Positions 28,531-38,098 of a DNA stretch of 64,000 nucleotides are shown one piece after another. The translations under genes were made by a program, and so were the position numbers. The DNA comes from an uncultured delta proteobacterium (GTDB lineage: Bacteria; Desulfobacterota; Desulfobulbia; Desulfobulbales; Desulfocapsaceae), in NCBI GenBank assembly GCA_963709745.1, contig CAVPXN010000005.1, positions 4,673 through 68,672 on the forward strand, given 5' to 3'. Under the pieces are notes generated by a model. That model had not been told where the DNA came from. It did not search any database and saw nothing but the letters and a program-made list of their open reading frames with translations. Every line of letters begins with the position of its first letter. Positions within the stretch are counted from its first letter, which is position 1.

Positions 28531-29238
28531 TTACTCTATAAAATCGAGAATCCAGTCAACAAAAAGTGCCTTATCCGGTTTGGTAGCAAGACTAGCAAGG
28601 CCCTGTTCTATCGTCTCGGCTGCGATAATTGCCCGTCTTTCGTTCATTAATGCCCTGGAGTATTCTCTTTGCCATTCCGGGTGCCCCTGGATGCTTAAGA
28701 AATGATCGTTCCACTGGACGACAAAATATGGGCAGAAATTACTGCCGGCGATTATGAGAGCATCTTCTGAAAGCCTCGTCACCTGGTCCTGATGGCTGGT
28801 CAGGATGTTGATCTCGGCTCGCTTGTCCGCCATCCATGCAGGGTGATTGATGATATGGTTGGTGGCAATACCGACACTCCATCCTTTTGCTGATTTTTCG
28901 ACCAGGCCGCCACAGGCCATAGCGATAAGCTGGTGGCCAAAACAGATACCCACCAGCTTTTTTCCCGCACGATCCAGGATGCGTATAAATTCTATCAAGC
29001 GGGAGATCCATGCCTTATTGTCGTAGGCGCTGGCCTTGCTGCCGGTGGTTGTATAGAGATCAAAGCTATTAATGTCTTCTGGGTACTGCTCTTTTCGGCA
29101 GTCAAAAACCGTAAAGTTAAAGGAACCATTTCCGGCCCCTTTAAACATGTTGCGTATCATGTCAGGGTAACAACCAAACCGACTCTGCAGTTTTTCCATC
29201 ACCTCATCGCACTGCAAAATGGCAACCCTGCAGGTCAT
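28531..29238 (-). CDS. Type 1 glutamine amidotransferase (putative gamma-glutamyl amide hydrolase)
   Basis: GICFGHQ nucleophile elbow; SHQDQV; QGHPE. Confidence 0.9.
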   Translation of the reverse strand: MTCRVAILQCDEVMEKLQSRFGCYPDMIRNMFKGAGNGSFNFTVFDCRKEQYPEDINSFDLYTTTGSKASAYDNKAWISRLIEFIRILDRAGKKLVGICFGHQLIAMACGGLVEKSAKGWSVGIATNHIINHPAWMADKRAEINILTSHQDQVTRLSEDALIIAGSNFCPYFVVQWNDHFLSIQGHPEWQREYSRALMNERRAIIAAETIEQGLASLATKPDKALFVDWILDFIE

Positions 29239-30398
29239 TCCAGCTCTCCTGTAACTGCGGCGGCAAATATCTTACTGTACTGTTCTTTGGAAAAAGTGAT
29301 TGGGTTACCGCCGGCGGAAGGGTCTTCAGTTGCCATTTGGCCGATGGCATCTTTGTTACTTGCATCGATCCCTATTTCGGCCAGAGAGTGGGGGATAACC
29401 AGTTGCTTTCGCGTCTGGAGGACCCAACTTAAAAAACCTTCAAAACCTGTGTCTTCAAGATTCATATAGCGCGTGAGGCGAGTAATTCGCTCCTCGATGG
29501 CAGGACGGTTGGCGACAAGTACATAGGGCATTAAAATGGCGTTCAAAGTCCCGTGATGCGCATCATAGAGAGCACCGAGCGGATGAGCGAGTGCATGCAT
29601 GGCGCCGAGTCCCTTCTGGAAAGCCGTTGCTCCCATACTCGAACATACCAGCATCTGCGTCCTTGCCTCGATATCTGTGCCATCGGCTACCGCTCTTGGC
29701 AGATATTCCTGGACCAGGCGAATGCCCTCCACCGCGATCCCTTCGGCCAGAGGATGGTAAAAAGGTGAACACAGCGCCTCAAGACTATGTGACAAGGCGT
29801 CCATGCCCGTTGCCGCAGTTACAGTTTTGGGCAGGCCTATGGTCAGCTCCGGATCAAGAATTACCTGAGTCGGCAGCATGCGTGGATGAAAGATGATTTT
29901 TTTTAAGTGCAGTTTCTGGTCGGTAATAACCGAGGCACGACCAACTTCAGAGCCCGTGCCGGCAGTGGTCGGTACGGCAATGACAGGTGCCATTGTCTCG
30001 GTATTTACCCGTGTCCAGTTATCTCCAACATCTTCAAAGTCCCAGATTGGACGATCCTGGCCAACCATAAGGGCCACAGCTTTGGCCGCATCAAGAGCTG
30101 AACCACCGCCAAAGGCGATAACTCCATCATGCTGGTGCTCTTTAAAGTAGGCAACTCCGGCGTCGACATTTTCGCCGGTCGGGTTGGCCTTGATGGCCGA
30201 AAACAGACCGCACCGCAGCCCCTGTGCCTGCACATCATCTATGACCTCGGGCAAAAAGCCAAGTGCGGCAATACCGGGATCAGTGATAAGCAGTGGGGCC
30301 TTCATGCCAAGCGCAACGCAGAGTCCGCCAAGTTCTTTTATCCGCCCCGCGCCGACTTTTATATTTGTTGGATAATTCCAGTTCGCTGAATATGACAA
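29235..30398 (-). CDS. Iron-containing alcohol dehydrogenase
   Basis: GGGSALD, VPTTAGTGSE, DALSH, HALAH, HHG. Confidence 0.95.
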   Translation of the reverse strand: MSYSANWNYPTNIKVGAGRIKELGGLCVALGMKAPLLITDPGIAALGFLPEVIDDVQAQGLRCGLFSAIKANPTGENVDAGVAYFKEHQHDGVIAFGGGSALDAAKAVALMVGQDRPIWDFEDVGDNWTRVNTETMAPVIAVPTTAGTGSEVGRASVITDQKLHLKKIIFHPRMLPTQVILDPELTIGLPKTVTAATGMDALSHSLEALCSPFYHPLAEGIAVEGIRLVQEYLPRAVADGTDIEARTQMLVCSSMGATAFQKGLGAMHALAHPLGALYDAHHGTLNAILMPYVLVANRPAIEERITRLTRYMNLEDTGFEGFLSWVLQTRKQLVIPHSLAEIGIDASNKDAIGQMATEDPSAGGNPITFSKEQYSKIFAAAVTGELE

Positions 30399-30409
30399 AA
30401 CGGTACCCT

Positions 30410-31801
30410 CTAGAGCTTAGTTTTAATATGAAACGACTTGGGCCTGGTCAACGACTCATAGCCGACAACTGACAGCGTGCAACCACGTCCGGAATTTTTA
30501 ATTCCAGTCCAGGCCAGTTCAGGGTCAAGATAATCACAGCGATTAATGAAAAATGTCCCGGTTTCAATTTGCTGACCAAGGGCTATGCCGCGTTCGATAT
30601 CCCGAGTGAAAAGAGCTGCAGTGAGGCCAAACTCGCTGTCGTTCATAAGTTTAATCGCCTCATCATCGGAGTCAACTTTCTGGATGCCGATCACCGGGCC
30701 AAAGCTCTCTTCCCTCATTACTCGCATGCTGTGGTCAACACCGGTAAGTATCTGCGGCGCAAGATACGGTGTACCGGGTTTATCAAGCGGAAAATCTGCA
30801 GCATCAATATGGGCAACTGCTCCCTGCAGGATTGCCTCACGTGTCTGTGCGCGCACAAAATCGGCAGCGCCGGCATGTACCAGCGGACCAAGAGTGGTGG
30901 TCGGATCGTCTGAACGGCCAAGCTTCAGTGCCTTAACCCAGGAAACAGCCCGCGCGACAAAATCATCATAGACTTCTGCATGCACATACACCCGCTCGAT
31001 GCCGCAGCAGGACTGGCCGGAATTGAAAAAGGCCCCGTCCATCACCGTGTCCACGGCATGGGCCAGATCGGCATCGGCACGCACATAAGCGGGATCCTTG
31101 CCGCCAAGCTCAAGACCAACACCAATAAATCGGCCGGAGGCAACCCTTTCAATCATCTTCCCGCCGGCAACCGATCCGGTAAAAGCCACATGACCAATGC
31201 GTTTATCACCGATGACCGCTTCGGTGTCGCTGTGGGTTAAATGCAGATACTGCAAGACACCTTCAGGGAGACCTGCTGCTTTAAAAGCCTCATAGAGCCT
31301 TTCAGCGCAGAGCGGGGTCTGGGCGGAATGCTTAAGGACCACTGAGTTGCCTGCAAGAAGGGCGGGCAGCACAGCATTTATCGCAGTTAGGTAGGGGTAA
31401 TTCCATGGCGCAATAACAAAAACCACCCCGATCGGTTCTCGCTGAATCCAACGCTTAAATCCCTCTTTTTCCGGAAGTTTCACCGGGGCAAGCCCATCGT
31501 CCGCCAGCCTTATCATGGCAAAACCACGTTCGGCAAGCCCTCGTACCTCGCCTGCTGCGGAACCAATGGGTCTTCCCATCTGCCAGCAGATCTCTTTTGC
31601 TATTTCATCGGTTTTGGCGACCAAAGCCTCAACCGCCTTGGTACACAGAACCTTTCTTGTGGCAAGATCTACTTTTTTCCATTTTTTTTGCGCGGCAACC
31701 GCATTTCCTAGCCGCATTGCAATATCGGCGCTGGTCGCAAAGGGACGTTGGACATAGATAGAGCCGTCAATAGGGCTCACGGTGGTCAACATTTCGGTCA
31801 T
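30410..31801 (-). CDS. Aldehyde dehydrogenase
   Basis: PWNYP, FTGS, LELGGKD, SGQSCC, EESFGP. Confidence 0.95.
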   Translation of the reverse strand: MTEMLTTVSPIDGSIYVQRPFATSADIAMRLGNAVAAQKKWKKVDLATRKVLCTKAVEALVAKTDEIAKEICWQMGRPIGSAAGEVRGLAERGFAMIRLADDGLAPVKLPEKEGFKRWIQREPIGVVFVIAPWNYPYLTAINAVLPALLAGNSVVLKHSAQTPLCAERLYEAFKAAGLPEGVLQYLHLTHSDTEAVIGDKRIGHVAFTGSVAGGKMIERVASGRFIGVGLELGGKDPAYVRADADLAHAVDTVMDGAFFNSGQSCCGIERVYVHAEVYDDFVARAVSWVKALKLGRSDDPTTTLGPLVHAGAADFVRAQTREAILQGAVAHIDAADFPLDKPGTPYLAPQILTGVDHSMRVMREESFGPVIGIQKVDSDDEAIKLMNDSEFGLTAALFTRDIERGIALGQQIETGTFFINRCDYLDPELAWTGIKNSGRGCTLSVVGYESLTRPKSFHIKTKL

Positions 31802-31823
31802 CTCTCTCTCTTCATGTGGTTAT

Positions 31824-33194
31824 TCAAATTATTTCAAAATATCTTTCCAACTCCCAGTTGCTTATATGGCGCCGATATTCACGCTCTTCCCACTCGCGGG
31901 TGGCAGCAAAATGATCGACAAAATTATCACCAAAAAGCGTGCGTGCCGGCTGTGAACCTTTAAGAGCCTGCGCAGCATCCCAGAGGGTTTTGGGCAGCGC
32001 CAGCTCTTTTGCATGGGGCTGATCGTAGGCGCTGCCAACAATCTCGGCTTCGGGTTGCCAGCCATGCTCAATGCCATAAAGACCTGCGCCAAGGGCTGCT
32101 GCAATCGCAAGGTACGGGTTGGCATCTGCCGCACCGACGCGGTACTCGACCCGTTGTGAGGCATCGCTGCCGGGAATAACTCGCAGTGCAGTCGTCCTGT
32201 TCTCAACCCCCCAGGTTGCATCAGTTGGGGCCCAGAACCCAGGGATGAGGCGGGTATAGCTGTTAATCGTCGGTGCAATCATACTGAGCAGCTCAGGCAT
32301 AAGGCGCTGCTGACCTGCTACGAAGTGGCGCTGAATATCACTCATGCAGTGCTCTTTATCAGCTGCAAAAAATGCCGATTGTCCGCCGTCCCTGTCACGA
32401 AGCGACAGGTGGATATGGCCGCTCTGGCCAGGATAGTCGGCTGACCATTTAGCCATAAACGTCGCCATGAGACCGCGACGCTGGGCCAGCACCTTGATAA
32501 ATGTTTTGAAAAGAGCCCCTTTATCTGCAGCATGTAAAGCACCATCCACCGTTATTGCCGCTTCCAGCACGCCTGGACCGGTCTCGGTATGTATGCCTTC
32601 GAGTGGAAAGTCCATCTTCTCGCTCAGAGACATGATCTCGTGATAGAGCTCGGCATGGGTTGAATTTCTGATCATCGAGTAACCAAACCAACCTGGTGTG
32701 AACGGCTTAAGATCGGTAAATTTTTTAGCACGGATACTCTCGGGTGACTCATCAAAGAGGAAGAACTCATACTCGAGCGCGCCAAACGGTTCAAACCCCA
32801 TGGTGTGTGCTTTTTCTATCACCCGGCGCAAAGTTGTCCGTGGGCAGATCTTTTCGGCATTCCCTGAAAATTCAGCAAGAAAGAGCAGCATGCCGTCTTC
32901 AAACGGGATGTCACGGCAGCTTGCCGGTAAAATCCTAACCGGCGCGTCAGGGTAACCGGTATGCCAGCCGGTATAACTGACATTATCATACAGCTGATCT
33001 TTACTGTCCCAGCCGAGCACCACATCACAAAAGGCAAATCCTTTAATGAGTGATGAAAAGAATTTTTCACGGGCCATGTACTTGCCGCGCATGACGCCAT
33101 CAGTATCAAATAGGCCAACTTTCACATGGCTGAGATCACGCTCTTGCACAATTTGCTTTGCATCTTCTATTGTCTTTACTTGCCTTGGTTCCAT
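31824..33194 (-). CDS. Glutamine-synthetase-like gamma-glutamyl-amine ligase (PuuA/GlnA4-like)
   Basis: D.DGVMRGK, EYEF, HTETGPG, GHIHLSL, ENRTTALR, EYR, NPYL; D-x-x-G-x-x-R-G-K start typical of non-GSI paralogs. Confidence 0.88.
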   Translation of the reverse strand: MEPRQVKTIEDAKQIVQERDLSHVKVGLFDTDGVMRGKYMAREKFFSSLIKGFAFCDVVLGWDSKDQLYDNVSYTGWHTGYPDAPVRILPASCRDIPFEDGMLLFLAEFSGNAEKICPRTTLRRVIEKAHTMGFEPFGALEYEFFLFDESPESIRAKKFTDLKPFTPGWFGYSMIRNSTHAELYHEIMSLSEKMDFPLEGIHTETGPGVLEAAITVDGALHAADKGALFKTFIKVLAQRRGLMATFMAKWSADYPGQSGHIHLSLRDRDGGQSAFFAADKEHCMSDIQRHFVAGQQRLMPELLSMIAPTINSYTRLIPGFWAPTDATWGVENRTTALRVIPGSDASQRVEYRVGAADANPYLAIAAALGAGLYGIEHGWQPEAEIVGSAYDQPHAKELALPKTLWDAAQALKGSQPARTLFGDNFVDHFAATREWEEREYRRHISNWELERYFEII

Positions 33195-33334
33195 GAGTTT
33201 CGTCCCATGCTTGTTAGATAGATCCGGCTACCCGTCAGCCGATAATTTATTTTTTAAATGACCATAATGTATTCATGCTTTGATGAGTTTTTGTCAATGT
33301 CGATCTTGTGTCTATCACGTATAATTGGACATTA

Positions 33335-33490
33335 TTATTTTGCATAATAGGTATCAGCAAACCACAAGACGATGCCTGGAAACATCATGATAAGGCTGAG
33401 TCTGACCAGCATAATGCCCAAAAGCGGTACAATTGATGGGAGTTTTCGTCTGCACCACTTTCCGATACTTTTTTCTATAGACAGTTGATC
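33335..33490 (-). pseudogene. Possible TRAP large-permease (DctM) C-terminal remnant
   Basis: LPSIVPLLGIMLV...LIMMFPGIVLWFAD resembles DctM C-termini. Confidence 0.4.
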
Positions 33491-33639
33491 CATCTCAACC
33501 CAAAGATTCGTCTCAATCACGAATGTTGCTATTTGAAAATGTCAATTTTCGATATATCTGTGCCAACACGCATTAATTTTATTTAATGAGAGGTATTTTT
33601 CATCAGTAATTTCAGAATGATGTTGTTTTGTTAGGGAGG

Positions 33640-33655
33640 TGGCATGAATTTCGCT
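33640..33655 (+). promoter_or_regulatory. sigma54 promoter for the CHASE2 operon
   Basis: TGGCATGAATTTCGCT = TGGCA.-N-GC with GG-N10-GC spacing, about 100 bp before the GTG start. Confidence 0.65.
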
Positions 33656-33757
33656 TAATTGTACTGATGCGTGCGGGTGAAATACCGATAATTCATCCCC
33701 CGGACTCGTGGAAAACAATGTATCTAATCAGAAGATCAATTATTCAGGGATAAAGAG

Positions 33758-35287
33758 GTGGTTGCTTCGATAAGAGATCGGTCTCGATGGATAAAATGTT
33801 TGTTCTATACAACCTTGATTAGCAGCCTGTTCTGGGGTGGAATTGCGCAGTTCGATCCTCTTGGTATTAAAACCGCAGCATCCATTCAATCAGAATCCCT
33901 CTTTATGCGGATGGTCGGTGGTCCCTGGTATCAATCCGCCGCGCAAGATAAAATCACCGTTGTCTTGATAGACGATAATTATATCAATCAGATAGAAGAG
34001 TCCTGGCCATTATCTTACATCATGCAAGAAATGCTTCTCAGCAATATTTTGTCTTTCAAACCAAAGGCTGTATTTCTAGATCTTCTTTATAGTCACAATC
34101 ATGAAACATTGAATGACTCTATTCAACAACTGGTCGATACCATTTCTCAGAAAGAAAGTAGTGCCGACTCAGCTGTTCCGATCTTTATTCCACTTCTCAT
34201 AAAAGACGTCCAGAATGTCGATTCTTGTTCTTCTGCACGCCCCGTCGCTGCCGTTCCAGAAGAAACTAGTGCAAAAAGAGCCGATTCAGATATTGGTATT
34301 GATCTTGAAATTCCGGTCATCAAAGAAATAACAGGGTCAAGGGCAACCAAAACCTACGTGGGTTGGGCAGGGTGCGGAGATGCTTACCCAAGTTTCGTTT
34401 TTCAAGATACGGAATTTATGACCCCGTCGTTTGCCCTTTATGACCAATTTTGCCGCTCGAAGGATACACCTTCCAAAGTGGAATGTTCCGCTATACTGGC
34501 AGACGAATATAAATCATTTAAAAAACCGATGATGGTTCGATGGGGCACTGGCGTAAGTAAGGAGCATAAGGCCGCGCTGGAGGCGGGCGGTATCTCTTGT
34601 GCAGGCATAGATAAAAAGGAATTTTGGAGTAAAACCGGCTATTCGGCTAAGCAATTCGGTACTGCTTTCCTTCAGTCTTTTTCCTCAACAGCCGATCGAG
34701 GCAGAGATGAGCCGTGCACCTACACCGACACGGTTCATGCCACCTGGTTTCTTGGCGACATCTCAGGTGGGACTCGTGACTACCTGAAAGACATGATTGA
34801 AAATCGTATTGTCCTTATTGGCACGCAGGTTGCCGGGGTGCACGACAACATCATCAGCCCCATTAATGGACAGCTTCCTGGTGTCTACTTATTTGCCATG
34901 GCGCTCGATAATTATCTTACCTACGGAGCCAATTACTTCACACTTTTAAGTGACATGGATGCCGCTGTAATCGAGATATGCGTTCTTTTTACGATTGCCT
35001 TCAGTATGGGGATGCTTGGCCATTTAACTTTCATACGTCTCAGTAAAATGGACCAATCAACAAATATCCTGCAGAGGCTTGGTCTGAGTATCCTTTTCTT
35101 TTTATTTCTAAAAATAATTATTCCGCTGTGCATCAGTCTGCTGTTTGTCCTGATAATGTGGCAATGTAGAATCGCTCCGATGGATTGGCTGGGAGTTTCA
35201 TTCCTGTCGTTTTTTGCAAATCCGATAAAGTTTGCGGATTGCTTTGTAAATTGTAAGGAGCTGATCAAGCCTTTCGCTTTTTCTTGA
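33758..35287 (+). CDS. Stand-alone CHASE2-domain membrane protein with no output domain
   Basis: DKITVVLIDD, PKAVFLDLLY, NRIVLIG, D...SPINGQLPGVYLFAMALDN, followed by 3 TM helices and then the stop. Confidence 0.85.
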   Translation: MVASIRDRSRWIKCLFYTTLISSLFWGGIAQFDPLGIKTAASIQSESLFMRMVGGPWYQSAAQDKITVVLIDDNYINQIEESWPLSYIMQEMLLSNILSFKPKAVFLDLLYSHNHETLNDSIQQLVDTISQKESSADSAVPIFIPLLIKDVQNVDSCSSARPVAAVPEETSAKRADSDIGIDLEIPVIKEITGSRATKTYVGWAGCGDAYPSFVFQDTEFMTPSFALYDQFCRSKDTPSKVECSAILADEYKSFKKPMMVRWGTGVSKEHKAALEAGGISCAGIDKKEFWSKTGYSAKQFGTAFLQSFSSTADRGRDEPCTYTDTVHATWFLGDISGGTRDYLKDMIENRIVLIGTQVAGVHDNIISPINGQLPGVYLFAMALDNYLTYGANYFTLLSDMDAAVIEICVLFTIAFSMGMLGHLTFIRLSKMDQSTNILQRLGLSILFFLFLKIIIPLCISLLFVLIMWQCRIAPMDWLGVSFLSFFANPIKFADCFVNCKELIKPFAFS

Positions 35288-35309
35288 AAATGTACAATTG
35301 AGGAGAGAA

Positions 35310-35675
35310 ATGAACGTTAAGATTTTGTTTTTGCTGGTTTCGTATACGCTTTCTATCGGGTGTTCGATGGCAATCGCTGACCAAAGAATGATAGTAGGTG
35401 TACATAACAAAGACCTGATAGAATACTCGGCAGAAGGGAAAAAACTCGGGGTGTTGCAAAACGTCACGGATGATGAAATCAACGGAACCGTTGTTTTAGC
35501 CAAATCTCCGAGGTCACTGCTGCAGGTGCAATTCAGAGGCAAGCTGATATGGCTGAGAGCCTCTCAGTTAAAACTCAATAATCCCATCCTCGCTAAATGT
35601 CCTGAAGCACCACCGGGAAAATCGGTCGACAGCAAAAAGCCGCTTGCGGTTGGGTTTGGAGGAAAATGTGAGTAA
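35310..35675 (+). CDS. Small secreted protein, two Cys in the C-terminal part
   Basis: SD AGGAG; signal peptide; beta-rich core; ends GFGGKCE; overlaps the next gene. Confidence 0.75.
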   Translation: MNVKILFLLVSYTLSIGCSMAIADQRMIVGVHNKDLIEYSAEGKKLGVLQNVTDDEINGTVVLAKSPRSLLQVQFRGKLIWLRASQLKLNNPILAKCPEAPPGKSVDSKKPLAVGFGGKCE

Positions 35676-37380
35676 CAATAGCTACCTGCTTGTAACAACA
35701 CTGAAAGCGATAGCCGTAGTCGGATTAATAACCCTCGGTGGATGTACGGCTACAGCAGTGACAAACCTGACATTCTCAGACAAGGCAATACTGCTGGATC
35801 AGGTAAATCATAAAGCTAAATCCGATCCATCCTGGTTTGACAAGCCACTTGAAGAAAAAAAGAATCTGGAAGCCAAATACTCAGGCGAACTTAGCCCGGA
35901 TATTGCAATTTATCTGGAGAACGATATTTATATATATAACGACCAGGATGTTGAGCGTTACATTGCGACTATTGTCGACCGGCTGCTCAATGGATGGGAA
36001 GGGAAAAAACCGCAACTTAAAGTAGTTATCGAGACCGGGGAAACTCTGAATGCATATGTTGACGAATTGAACCTCCTGCATGTTACGACAGGTCTGTTGC
36101 GCAACGTTGACAACGAAGATCAGCTCGCCTCAATTTTGGCACATGAATTGTCGCACCTCCTGCTTCGCCACATCACTGAGAGAAGTCTCTCTAAAAGAAT
36201 CGAATCAGCAATCGATCTTAGCGGCTTGATTATGGTGGCAGGCGGAGAATATGCCGACCGGATTACCAAGGAGAGCAAATATCAGAAAAAGGGACTCGAT
36301 GGACAACTTGGTTTTGAGTCTCTTGGTCTGGTTTGGGCTGATATGCTCACTCCACAATGGTCAAGAGACAATGAAATAGAGGCTGATAAAATGGGTCTGG
36401 ATCTGCTCATTCGGGCAAATTATAATTATGAGGAGTTTCCTGAGGTTATAGAACGGATGATTGATACAAACGGTTCCCGTTCAAAACGAATTGAAATGTT
36501 GAGAGCATTTACCTATGATGTCATAAAGAAACAGCAAAAAAAGATAACTACCTCCGCCGGTTCACAGGTCAACGCAAAACTGGAACTGTTACGATCAGTC
36601 ACTGAAAATTATGTGGTCGAAAACAGCACAGATGTTTTGGCCTCAATGAATAAGAGCCATGATGGCAGCGTTGAAAGAATCGATTCGCTCAAAACATATC
36701 TTCGGCAGGCATATGCAGGCGGAGATTTACCACCGGAAATCAGCACTGACAAGTTTTCGGCAATTGTCCAGAGTTCATTGTCTAGGGCCCTGCTCAGCCA
36801 GGACATGGCTGCAATTGAGACTCTTAATGCATTGAGCGCCAACAATATAAAACTTGCGAGTGACACCTCAAAAAGGATTAGTGTCAACTCACGATCTATT
36901 CCTACATCAGGCGCAATTGCCAAATCAGCAAGTGATATTTCGCTCAGAAAAAATAAAGATGCTGCCCAAAATCTTACCCAGTTGCTTGGTGACAGACAAT
37001 CTCCCGCAGAAGCCTATATCAAACTGGCGAAACTGTATGTTGCAGATCGTAAGTACCCACAGGCGGAGAATGTGATTCATTTGGGTATTAAAAGGATAGG
37101 CCGGGACTATGTCTTCCTACCAACATTGGTGTATGTCAACAAGGTCTCAGGAAATATTACCGAGGCGGAAAACAACACCATCAGATGCAAAGGGTATGAT
37201 GATCAACAGTTTTCCTTCAGCAAAATCGTGTTTGGGGATAACAAAGACAATAGCAGTTATTACCAGCAATGTGTGAATGCTCTGGGCTATGACGTCGCCG
37301 CTCAGCGTCAATTAAAAACGGAGTCTATCCTACCATCCAGCGTCGGTGATTACCAAAAACTTATGAAAATCTTCCAATAA
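35668..37380 (+). CDS. M48-family zinc metalloprotease lipoprotein with TPR-like C-terminus
   Basis: GTG start with SD GGAGG; lipobox LGGC; LNAY; LAHELSH (HExxH); EIEADKMG. Confidence 0.88.
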   Translation: MSNNSYLLVTTLKAIAVVGLITLGGCTATAVTNLTFSDKAILLDQVNHKAKSDPSWFDKPLEEKKNLEAKYSGELSPDIAIYLENDIYIYNDQDVERYIATIVDRLLNGWEGKKPQLKVVIETGETLNAYVDELNLLHVTTGLLRNVDNEDQLASILAHELSHLLLRHITERSLSKRIESAIDLSGLIMVAGGEYADRITKESKYQKKGLDGQLGFESLGLVWADMLTPQWSRDNEIEADKMGLDLLIRANYNYEEFPEVIERMIDTNGSRSKRIEMLRAFTYDVIKKQQKKITTSAGSQVNAKLELLRSVTENYVVENSTDVLASMNKSHDGSVERIDSLKTYLRQAYAGGDLPPEISTDKFSAIVQSSLSRALLSQDMAAIETLNALSANNIKLASDTSKRISVNSRSIPTSGAIAKSASDISLRKNKDAAQNLTQLLGDRQSPAEAYIKLAKLYVADRKYPQAENVIHLGIKRIGRDYVFLPTLVYVNKVSGNITEAENNTIRCKGYDDQQFSFSKIVFGDNKDNSSYYQQCVNALGYDVAAQRQLKTESILPSSVGDYQKLMKIFQ

Positions 37381-37825
37381 GATTCATAGTTCCTATTTTA
37401 GAATGATATCGATAAGATTGATTTGCTCTGCTACTTCCTGCTGGTAAATCTGCCTGTAGCTTGGCACCTACACTCCTTGCAGGCCGTAGACCACCCGAGT
37501 ATTGTGTCATTTCGGCATTTGCTTCAATACTATTTTCACCGGAATCCAAGCTTTTTACTTTGTTAAGATACAGCCGCAGTTTTGCTGGCTTGTGAGCTTT
37601 TTCCAAAATATCTTCGTCGCCTTCAAAAACATCTCCCTTTGTCAAAATAATAATCGTTGCCGCATCTATAGCATCATTGCCAGAAGCTTGTAGTCGTGAG
37701 GCGGTGGTTGCATCTTTTTTGTCTCGTTGATGATCCGCCGGAACTGTTTCAACGGCTGATCCGCTCCTCATACTTGCAGTGATCTGGATGGCTGCAAGTA
37801 AGCAGAAAAATGATAATTTCTTCAT
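37361..37825 (-). CDS. Secreted hypothetical protein
   Basis: MKKLSFFCLLAAIQ signal peptide; the upstream ATG at 37873 lies beyond the predicted TSS. Confidence 0.6.
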   Translation of the reverse strand: MKKLSFFCLLAAIQITASMRSGSAVETVPADHQRDKKDATTASRLQASGNDAIDAATIIILTKGDVFEGDEDILEKAHKPAKLRLYLNKVKSLDSGENSIEANAEMTQYSGGLRPARSVGAKLQADLPAGSSRANQSYRYHSKIGTMNLIGRFS

Positions 37826-37876
37826 CTCAAGTGTTCCGGTTGAGTGTAGGTCGGTGCGCGTGGTTGATCGCATAAA

Positions 37877-37892
37877 GGCATAATGTATGCCA
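37877..37892. promoter_or_regulatory. Palindromic sigma54-type element
   Basis: GGCATAATGTATGCC gives GG-N10-GC on both strands; minus strand reads TGGCATACATTATGCC. Confidence 0.6.
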
Positions 37893-38098
37893 TAATTGCA
37901 GCTTCGCTACTACTCCATGTAACAGTCTGCAATGACGAGAAAAATGATTGTATTCAAAAATTATTTGATGGTACAGGAGAGAATTTGATATCGAAAGAAC
38001 GAATTTTTTAGTATCGATATCCGAGATAAATTGGTGGTGCTAGAAGCGTTAGGTTTGCCACGTTTAGATTTAATCTTATTAGGACATGGCCCAATTGG

